Source: an uncultured Nitrososphaerales archaeon
GTDB taxonomy: Archaea; Thermoproteota; Nitrososphaeria; Nitrososphaerales; Nitrososphaeraceae
Direction: 5' to 3'
DNA: 64,000 bases
Assembly: GCA_963713605.1 (NCBI GenBank)
Contig: CAVQMO010000010.1
Coordinates: 704,001 to 768,000 of the forward strand
A program made the translations under genes and the position numbers. Under the pieces are notes generated by a model. It saw nothing but the letters and a program-made list of their open reading frames with translations. It was not told the DNA's origin and searched no databases. Shown piece by piece: positions 55,920-64,000 of this stretch (positions within the stretch are counted from its first letter, which is position 1; every line of letters begins with the position of its first letter).

Positions 55920-57287
55920 ATGCTCGACAGCCTGCGAACAAACCTGAGAAGCGCGCTTAAGAAAATCATTGGCGCTTCTGACATTAATCGTGAGCTAATA
56001 GAATCACTTTGCAAGGACGTCCAAAGGGCATTGTTGCAATCTGATGTTAATGTAAAACTCGTGCTTACTGTCACGCAGAATATTAAACAACGCTGCCTTA
56101 GTGAGCAGCCGCCGAAGGGTCTTTCTCGCAAAGATCATATAATAACAATACTTTACAGTGAATTAGCTGAGCTCCTCGGTTATACGGGTGAAGAGATAAA
56201 AACCATAGATAAATCGGCTCAGCCTGAGGTAGATCTATTCTCATTCAAGCCGGGGAAACTCAACGTTGTACTCATGTTGGGAATTCAAGGAAGTGGCAAG
56301 ACAACGGTTTCCTCAAAACTAGCAAGGTGGTTCACAAAGCATGGGCACAAAGTTGGTGTAGTGGGAGCGGACACATTTCGGCCGGGAGCTCTGACCCAAT
56401 TAAGGATGAACTGTAGCAAGGTCAACGTAGAAGTATATGGTAAAGAAGGCGAGAATGATGCCGTAAGGATTGTTGGGGACGGGATCGATTATTTCAGAAA
56501 ACAGAACATTGACATTGTGATCGTTGATACTGCAGGGAGACATAAGGAGGAATCAGGTCTTTTGGCCGAGATGACAGGCATGTACGAAGTCGCCAGACCG
56601 GAACTCGTATTGTTGGTCATCGATGGCACTATTGGCCAACAAGCCTTTAACCAGGCCAAGGCGTTCCATAGTGCAGCTCCGATCGGGGGCATAGCTATTA
56701 CGAAACTCGATGGAACCGCAAAAGGCGGAGGGGTTCTGGCTGCAGTAGTGGCTACAGGTGCCAAAGTGATGTTCATCGGGACAGGTGAAAGAATTGACGA
56801 TTTAGAGCTGTTTTCTCCAACACGATTTGTTGGGCGTTTGCTTGGGATGGGTGATATAAAAGCCTTGCTCGAGATGGCCAAAGGATTAGAGCTTAAGGCC
56901 GATGAAAATCAGGCAAAAAGGGTATTAAGCGGGAAAATGACAATAGAAGACTTTTATGCACAGATGGAAAATGTAGGAAAAATGGGCCTTAGGAACATTA
57001 TTGATAACCTCCCTGGTTTGTCTGGAATGGTAAAGGAAGATCAGTTAGATGCAATCCAAGGCAAATTGGAAAAATGGAGGGTTATTATTCAGTCTATGAC
57101 AACCGCTGAGCGCTCGGATCCAGATATCGTGAATGATTCTAGGAGGAAACGAATCGCCCGAGGGTCAGGGTTAACGGAACATGATATTAAAGATCTTATT
57201 AAGCAGTACAGTAATTCTAAAGCGGTTATGAAGCAGGCAAAAGGAAGACAGATGCAGGGAATGCTCCGACGATTCGGGATAGGATAG
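55920..57287 (+). CDS. srp54: Signal recognition particle protein SRP54
   Basis: GIQGSGKTT, DTFRPGA, DTAGRH, TKLDGTAKGGG and SRRKRIARGSG. Confidence 0.97.
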   Translation: MLDSLRTNLRSALKKIIGASDINRELIESLCKDVQRALLQSDVNVKLVLTVTQNIKQRCLSEQPPKGLSRKDHIITILYSELAELLGYTGEEIKTIDKSAQPEVDLFSFKPGKLNVVLMLGIQGSGKTTVSSKLARWFTKHGHKVGVVGADTFRPGALTQLRMNCSKVNVEVYGKEGENDAVRIVGDGIDYFRKQNIDIVIVDTAGRHKEESGLLAEMTGMYEVARPELVLLVIDGTIGQQAFNQAKAFHSAAPIGGIAITKLDGTAKGGGVLAAVVATGAKVMFIGTGERIDDLELFSPTRFVGRLLGMGDIKALLEMAKGLELKADENQAKRVLSGKMTIEDFYAQMENVGKMGLRNIIDNLPGLSGMVKEDQLDAIQGKLEKWRVIIQSMTTAERSDPDIVNDSRRKRIARGSGLTEHDIKDLIKQYSNSKAVMKQAKGRQMQGMLRRFGIG

Positions 57288-57304
57288 GCATTAGTAATTA
57301 GAAT

Positions 57305-58408
57305 TTGAAGTATTACCTATCATTATGTAAGCAATGCAGGATTAGACAAGGATTCATCGACAGAAAGAATCTAGAAGAACCAAACGAGTGCTTTATTTGT
57401 AATAATTTGATGAGCAAGTTGGAGACCATTAATAATGCGTTAGTCAGCAGGGTGAGTGACGGTTATGAATTTAGAACATTTCAGATCGGAGTCTCGCTCC
57501 CTTCCTCTTACGTTGAAAGAGAGGACAATATTAGGTCAAGACTGAGGGTTAAGGGAAGAAACAGTATAAAGAATCAATTTTTGTCAAATCTTAGAGAAAT
57601 GTTCAAACATGCTCTAAATAAGGAAATGGATTACACATCTCCGGATCTCAGAATAGATCTGGTAATTAATGAAGATAATGAGTTTTTTTTTAATATTATT
57701 CCTACACCTATTGTACTCACATGTAGATACTTAAAAAAGAGACGTGGGATACCTCAAAAACAGACTGTACTGCCCATTATCAAAAGTCAACTCCTAAAAG
57801 ATGATTCCCATTGCGAAAAGTCCACCAGTTTGGAAGAAGTGGTATCTGAATATCTTAAGCAGATAACTTCAGGTGTTAAAGTAAAATTTTCATGGATAGG
57901 CGGAGAAGATAAAGAAAGTCTTGTACTAGGTAAAGGTAGGCCATTTTTTGCTGAGATTATAAAACCGAAGCGTCGAATTATAACTGAACACAATATTAGT
58001 TTGAAGGAGAAAGGGATTGAGCTTTTTGTGTTAAGCGCCTCCAAGAATTTGCCACAATATCCCATGAAATTTGTTTCTATGACACGGATTTCAATTCTAG
58101 CCGAAAGATTAGTATGTAGTAAGGAACTTAATTGCTTACCTTCACTTAGTGGGCGGACTATTTGGTTTAGAAACAAGAAGAGGATCATTAGTAGGGATGT
58201 GCATAGTGTTAAGGTAGTCAATATCCATGGGAAGAATTTTGAACTCGAAATCATCGCGGAAGGTGGGTTACATATCAAACAGTTCGTGGGTGGGAAGGAG
58301 TATTGCGAACCGAATATTTCGACCATATTGGGAGTGAGGTGTGAGTGCATAAGTTTTGATATTATTGATGTATGGCTACGAGACCTTCACGCATTGGAGG
58401 TTTTTTAG
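57305..58408 (+). CDS. pus10: tRNA pseudouridine synthase Pus10
   Basis: N-terminal CxxC/CxxC, YLKKRRGIPQ, GGEDKES catalytic loop, GRPFF and GGLHIKQFVGG. Confidence 0.88.
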   Translation: MKYYLSLCKQCRIRQGFIDRKNLEEPNECFICNNLMSKLETINNALVSRVSDGYEFRTFQIGVSLPSSYVEREDNIRSRLRVKGRNSIKNQFLSNLREMFKHALNKEMDYTSPDLRIDLVINEDNEFFFNIIPTPIVLTCRYLKKRRGIPQKQTVLPIIKSQLLKDDSHCEKSTSLEEVVSEYLKQITSGVKVKFSWIGGEDKESLVLGKGRPFFAEIIKPKRRIITEHNISLKEKGIELFVLSASKNLPQYPMKFVSMTRISILAERLVCSKELNCLPSLSGRTIWFRNKKRIISRDVHSVKVVNIHGKNFELEIIAEGGLHIKQFVGGKEYCEPNISTILGVRCECISFDIIDVWLRDLHALEVF

Positions 58409-58781
58409 CAACCTTCATCCGTAAAAATGTCAGTAAACGAGGAGGATGATTAAGGTATCTATGTGGCAACTACATTGGTCGATGTAGAAACGACTGTTCA
58501 TCCACTTCAATGCATTTCATGCTCTCCTATTTTTAAACCATATTAATGCAAGTCAAACGCGATTCAGAAAGCGATGCGTAATCAAAACTCAAAAACGAAC
58601 GAACGGATTGCAACGATAATTCAATTTATAGCACGAGAGTGGAACCGAATTACCGGGTGAAAATAATTGCCTAAACTCCTTTAAAATGTCCCAAATCGCC
58701 AAGGTAGGACTTACTGGTAGGACTTGAACCTCTATGACTTTGGGAATGCATGATTTTACCATAATGTGAAGAAGTCCCTTT

Positions 58782-58967
58782 TCAAGCTTTCGTATTATCC
58801 TTTTTACTGAATTCAGTAAATCCACATTTTCCGCAGCTAAGTCTGTCCTTGTGTTCAGCCATAAATACCCCTTTTCCACATCTAGGGCAATCTCTCTTGG
58901 ACCTGGTTACCTTATCACCGTCAATCTTGTAAAATTTGTAAACAGATCCTGTATTGGTTTTCGCCAA
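58782..58967 (-). CDS. rps27ae: 30S ribosomal protein S27ae (eS31)
   Basis: CPRCGKGVFMAEHKDRLSCGKCG. Confidence 0.96.
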   Translation of the reverse strand: MAKTNTGSVYKFYKIDGDKVTRSKRDCPRCGKGVFMAEHKDRLSCGKCGFTEFSKKDNTKA

Positions 58968-58968
58968 A

Positions 58969-59391
58969 TTATTTACCTCTACCAGAACCCTTCGCCTCTG
59001 AAGAAGCAGCTTGTTTCGCCTTTAGTTTAGCAGCCTTTTCCTCACTGATCAGCTTCTTTCTTTCCTCTTTAGATAGATTTCTCAATAATCTGTATCGAGG
59101 GACTTGACTTTTGGTTTCCTCCTCTGTATTAAATGCGTAAAATGTTCCGATTAAATCCTTTTTGCCTCTCTCACTTTTCAGATTCATAGGGATAACGCAA
59201 CTCTTGCTCAGCCCAAATTTTTTGGCAACCTCCTCTGATGCCTCGGTTCTCCTTAATTTGCCTGCCTGTTCCTTAAAAAGGACCGTGATCTCCCTTCTAT
59301 TAAGTAATATATTTGTCCTGTCTGACAGGCCAACGACTTCTTGCGACAACACCCTTCTCTCCTTATGATTATCTATAAATATTTTTGCCAA
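58969..59391 (-). CDS. rps24e: 30S ribosomal protein S24e (start may be about 59343)
   Basis: NILLNRREI, PRYRLLRN; adjacent to rps27ae. Confidence 0.85.
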   Translation of the reverse strand: MAKIFIDNHKERRVLSQEVVGLSDRTNILLNRREITVLFKEQAGKLRRTEASEEVAKKFGLSKSCVIPMNLKSERGKKDLIGTFYAFNTEEETKSQVPRYRLLRNLSKEERKKLISEEKAAKLKAKQAASSEAKGSGRGK

Positions 59392-59537
59392 TTGAATCGG
59401 CGAATGAATGGTTACTCTAATTACAATCGGTTAGATATGAAATATATCAACACACGACCTAACAAAATACGAGGAAACGTCCTCTCTTGTATCAAATCAT
59501 CTTCTTCCGATACTTCTTAAATCATGAAGTGTGTTCC

Positions 59538-59627
59538 CGGGTCCGGTGGGCTTCGATCCCACAACAGCTGGCTTCGGAGGCATGTGCTTATGGTATCAGC
59601 ACCCTCTCCTGACTAGGCGACGGACCC
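59538..59627 (-). tRNA. tRNA-Arg(CCG) with 15-nt non-canonical intron at 29/30 (59582-59596)
   Basis: GGGTCCG/CGGACCC acceptor; CTGGC-CTCCGAA-GCCAG after intron removal; GTGC/GCAC helix with TGA and ATG bulges; T-loop ATCGAAG. Confidence 0.9.
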
Positions 59628-59800
59628 ATTTAATATTAACTCAGAATTTCATATTAAAGCCTTTACACAGTGCATTTTATGGTACTTTAAATAATATTGA
59701 CCCAATATTGATATTAAGGTTCGAATCGTACCAATATTCAGAAATTATTACATTTTTTGATATCAAAACTGTTATATTGTAATTGTGTTTATTTTAGACT

Positions 59801-60160
59801 GTGTATGTAAAGATTGATCAACTAGAAATAATGGGTACTCATTTGAAAGAAGTCAAGGTAGGCGATATACTGTCTTTTGAAGCGCTGATCAGGAATCCCT
59901 TAGATTGGGATCATTTCTTCGAGCAGATTGAAATGTTGAAGTATCACCGAAATACACCGTTCACAGTGGTAACACGGGAGGGCGATAGGATCCAAGGACT
60001 TGGAGAAATCATTTCTGCAGAGAAATGGCGAAATGGAATACACTTCGGGTTCAAGATCAAGGTAAAGGTCAAGAAACAAAAGTCGTTGAGTGATAAGAGA
60101 ACGCATGAAAGGTACATCAACCAACCCGTCGTAGCTGAACTGAGTCCCTTACCGTTCTGA
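59801..60160 (+). CDS. Hypothetical protein (start 59801 or 59831)
   Basis: Open frame of 110-119 aa, beta-rich composition. Confidence 0.55.
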   Translation: MYVKIDQLEIMGTHLKEVKVGDILSFEALIRNPLDWDHFFEQIEMLKYHRNTPFTVVTREGDRIQGLGEIISAEKWRNGIHFGFKIKVKVKKQKSLSDKRTHERYINQPVVAELSPLPF

Positions 60161-60390
60161 CATTTTTAAGAAACATGATTCCAAATCTCAAAGTGCTTTT
60201 TTTGAGTATCTGAGCTGGAGCGATGGCTTGTCATTGACATATCGGTGACTAGTTACCAACGAGGCTTAGGCAGGCTCAACCCACTTTGGATAGTGTAGTC
60301 GATCCGGGCATGTACTCACTAATGAAGGCTTTTCCTCTATTAATTTGAAGAATGTTTAAATAAACAAATCTGTTTCATACTCAAATCATT

Positions 60391-61095
60391 TTGCGGCAGA
60401 TTACCTCGTTTGCAGTTGACATTGACGGGACTATAACTGAGAATGGTGGAGGGATGCTTCACCTACCAGCGGTCCTTGAGCTCAGGATTCTCGAAAGAAT
60501 GGGATTTAAAGTTATTTTTGTTACAGGAAGATCGTCGTTTGAAGCTTATACTTTGGCTGTCTTCGCAGGAACAACAAAGGTTGCCGTTTCCGAAAATGGT
60601 GGAGTAATCACCAAGAGCCCAGAGGAACATTTGGTCTTAGGAGATAAGAAAATTTGCGTGGAAGGGTATAATGTACTAAAGGATCATATTGAAGGCATCA
60701 AGAATAAGCCAGTCTTTGGGCGAATGTCAGAAGTTGTCTTGTGCAGAAATTTTGACATTGATCGTGCTCGACAGATACTCAATGAGCATAAACTTCCCTT
60801 GTATCTCAGCGATAGTAAGTATGCCTACCATATTAACAATATTGGGGTAGACAAATTTACAGGGCTGACTGAAGCATTAAGAATTCTAGGGCTTGAAGCT
60901 AGGGACAGTGTAGCAATTGGAGACAGCGAGACTGATATCCCCCTTTTTAGATCTTGCGGCTTTAGTATATGCTTAGGACATGCTGAAGAAAACGTAAAAC
61001 AGAATGCAACCCAAGTGACGTCGGCCAAGCATGGTGAGGGACTCGTGCAAGCCATTCAGTTTCTGTCTCAAAATTTTTTTGAACTAAAGCCATGA
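60391..61095 (+). CDS. Archaeal phosphoglycolate phosphatase (HAD, SPP-like)
   Basis: DIDGTIT, VTGR, ENGG and GDSETD. Confidence 0.9.
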   Translation: MRQITSFAVDIDGTITENGGGMLHLPAVLELRILERMGFKVIFVTGRSSFEAYTLAVFAGTTKVAVSENGGVITKSPEEHLVLGDKKICVEGYNVLKDHIEGIKNKPVFGRMSEVVLCRNFDIDRARQILNEHKLPLYLSDSKYAYHINNIGVDKFTGLTEALRILGLEARDSVAIGDSETDIPLFRSCGFSICLGHAEENVKQNATQVTSAKHGEGLVQAIQFLSQNFFELKP

Positions 61096-63010
61096 GCTTA
61101 AGAACCCTCAGGAAAGAAGCGATGCTACTTGTGGATAAATTATTACTAGATAGAAAAATTGATGGCATAAATTATACACTTAACGAGCCTCAGAACACTG
61201 AATTTGGAGAGCTTACTAGCAATATTGCATTTCAGCTAGCTCAACGATTACATAGTAATCCGTCTCTCGTAGCAAAGGATCTAGTAGAATCTCTTTCTAT
61301 CGAACTAGATAAACAAAGATCACAGAGGTCACTGCTCAAGACAATTGAGGCCCACCCTTCAGGACATATAAATTTCAGAGCAGCTTGGGACGTGTATCCA
61401 AGAGCAGTAATTAACGAGATCTTGGATGACGGTTACGGAAAATTTGACTTTGGAAAAGGAAAAAGGGTCATTATTGAACATACGAGTGTAAACCCTAACA
61501 AAGCGTTACATGTAGGACATTTGAGAAATATGATTATTGGAGATGTTCTGTTCAGGATCCTTTCGGCGGTTAATTATGACACAATTGTATTCTATTACGT
61601 AGACGACTCAGGTCTTCAAGTGGCCGACATAGTTGTTGGATTTATGTATGCTGGATTTCCGGTTGATCCCCCCGATCCTACTACAAAATTCGACCAATAT
61701 TGTGGGAATGAAGTTTATGTGAAAATCAATGATTTGTATCTCAAGAATCCAGACCTCCAAGATAAGCGGAAATCAGTCTTGAAAAGCATTGAAATGGGTA
61801 ATTCTGATATATCAAAGTTTGCGAAGGTTATCAGCCTACGCGTCTTGAAGGATCAACTGAAGACATGCTGGAGTATAAAAGTAAAGTACGATCTACTAAA
61901 TTTCGAATCAGATATTGTGGCTTCCAAGTTGTGGGAGAAAATGTTCGAGATCTTGAAAAATAAAGGTAAAGCAGTATACGAAACTGAAGGAAAAAATAAA
62001 GGTTGCTGGGTAATCAGAGGTTCAGACGCAGACGACGACAAGGTGTTGATCAGAAGCGATGGCACTCTGACATATATGGCTAAGGATATGCCTTACGCAG
62101 CATGGAAGCTTGGCCTGTTTTCCGATCCTTTCCTTTATTACGCATTTTCAAAGCAGTGGGACACTTCTATTCTCTGGGCAGAAACCCTTGATAGGTCGAT
62201 CGGTTTTCCACCAGTACCGACAGTTTGGGGGCGCTGAGGTCATAATTAACTTAATAGACTCCAGACAATCTAGGTTGCAAACTATTATTTCTACGTACTC
62301 TTTCGGCCGTTGCTAAATATGACAAAGAGCGCTATATGCATCTAAGTTACGAACCGGTTACCCTAAGTTCTCGGACTGCGAAGTCGCTAGGCATCAACAT
62401 TGGGGATGCTTCCGCTCATATGTCCGGAAGGAAAGGGATTTACGTCGGCGCCGACCAAGTTATGGAGATACTTTACAAGAAGGCAAAGGAAGAAATCCAG
62501 CGTCGGCATCCGAATTTGACCGGCTCAGAACTATCTGCTATTTCTGAAAGTCTGGGCAGGGCTGCCGTCCGGTATAACTTGATTAAACAGGATTTGGAGC
62601 GGCCAATAGTGTTCGACCTAGAGGAGTCACTGAGCCTGGATGGTGACAGTGGGCCATATTTGCAATATGCGTTCGCGAGGTCTCAAAGGCTCCTTGAAAA
62701 GGGCGAAATAATGCATCAAAGTATCAGCTTTGCCAATCTTCTGCATGATAAGGAGCTAAATTTGATTCGAGAATTATCAAAAATGGATCTAATTATCGAG
62801 CAATGTTCATCACAAATGAACCCAAAGCTCATAGCAAGGTATGCCCATAAACTCGCCGTAGCGTTTAATCTATTTTACGAACAGGTACCTATTCTAAAAC
62901 AGACTGATGATTCTCTAGTTTCTGCAAGGCTTATGTTAGTAAGGGCCTTCAACATAGTGATGAAACTTACGTTAAACTGTCTTGGTATCGATCCATTAAA
63001 TATGATGTGA
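61092..63010 (+). CDS. argS: Arginine--tRNA ligase (indels at about 62200-62330)
   Basis: EHTSVNPNKALHVGHLRN, RSDGTLTY, MSGRKG and GDSGPYLQYA. Confidence 0.95.
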
Positions 63011-63401
63011 TGAGGGTCACGAACTCTATCTAGTTCAATGTGCGCACCAAAAACAATGAAGGTCGCTATATATTGTTCATTTTTTTTGCATCTGTTGGCA
63101 AGGACATTATTCATCACGTTACTGCTCGCAATATGGTTGATATAATGTTCCCTCATGTTAGCACTTTAGTCAAAAAATGACATTAAAACGTAACCATATG
63201 AAGGATATAGATATGAAGCAGTTAGTTGGTATTTATTGAGTAACATTTTTTTGGGATTTCTTTAATACCCATTATGTAACCTAAATAAATTTTTTGTTTG
63301 TATCACTGGATTAGGTAGTATATTGAAAATCCTCCTGACATCCAAAATACGGGATGCATCGATTGGAACGTTCTCTATCTATTCATCGGAAAAATATTTT
63401 G

Positions 63402-63992
63402 CTAACCACCTAGCGTAAATGCTGCAGATTGTTTCTGAGAAGAATAGCCCCCCAGAAATGCTTCGACCGTAAGAGTCGTGTTATACAGCTCATCAGCTTG
63501 GGTATGTAGGGTAAATGCAGATTTCCCATTACTATCGGTCAGTCCACTGAAGAAGTATGTAGAAATACCACTCCCATTTGCAATCCAACCATCGATGCTG
63601 ACGCCAGAAAGTTCAGAAGATGTCTCCGAGTCTAACGCAGAAAAATTGAGGTTTAGGGTTGTGTTACCGGCTTCTTGAGCTGAAACACGGAGAACAAACT
63701 CTTTCAATTCTAATATGCGGGCAGTTTCATTCAGAACATTTTGGGTAACATTGAGTATGACCTTGTTCATTGCTATTGATGCGAGTGCACCTATAGTTAC
63801 AGGATCAGTAGTGGTTACAGTCTCATTGATCATGGTTTTAGTTGTGTTTTCAAAAATAGGAACTGTCGAATTTTCATGGCTAGTATTTTGGATCGACATT
63901 TGCACCTGTTCTTGCGAATAAGCATCTGTATAAAATATCGTCATAGGACAGATGAGGTATATGAGTAGCGTTAATAAACTGCTGCGCATCAA
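63402..63992 (-). CDS. Secreted/surface glycoprotein with Ig-like C-terminal region
   Basis: N-terminal signal peptide, 10 N-x-S/T sequons, GLTDSNGK motif. Confidence 0.7.
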   Translation of the reverse strand: MMRSSLLTLLIYLICPMTIFYTDAYSQEQVQMSIQNTSHENSTVPIFENTTKTMINETVTTTDPVTIGALASIAMNKVILNVTQNVLNETARILELKEFVLRVSAQEAGNTTLNLNFSALDSETSSELSGVSIDGWIANGSGISTYFFSGLTDSNGKSAFTLHTQADELYNTTLTVEAFLGGYSSQKQSAAFTLGG

Positions 63993-64000
63993 TGTAAATA

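Noticed and set aside
59531..59782. 83-aa plus-strand ORF
   Set aside because: Antisense shadow of tRNA-Arg.

Overview
64-kb chromosomal segment of an ammonia-oxidising archaeon (Nitrososphaerota, most likely soil Nitrososphaeraceae). It carries amoB divergent from amoX-amoA with no amoC, and probable amoY/amoZ about 4 kb away. The rest is mostly core genes: tetraether synthase (partial), pelota, a split A-type ATP synthase cluster, cobalamin methyltransferases, Rqc2, RNase Z, SerRS/ArgRS, 2-oxoacid:ferredoxin oxidoreductase, pdxST, aconitase, RFC-L, HflX, SRP54, Pus10 and ribosomal proteins. There are three tRNAs, including a two-intron tRNA-Leu and a non-canonical-intron tRNA-Arg. Many essential genes are split by single-base indels, almost certainly assembly errors. 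Most notable observations: (1) an 86-aa orphan gene sharing the N-terminal MTLPKGFG motif and a similar promoter with amoX; (2) a C/D-box sRNA whose two guides fit 23S rRNA near the peptidyl-transferase centre and wobble C34 of tRNA-Met; (3) a MurI-like racemase with both catalytic Cys replaced by Ser; (4) microproteins missed by the ORF track; (5) an origin-like intergenic region; (6) an EMC6-like membrane protein. No CRISPR array, rRNA or intact mobile element was seen. Family assignments are from motif recognition only; no searches were run.
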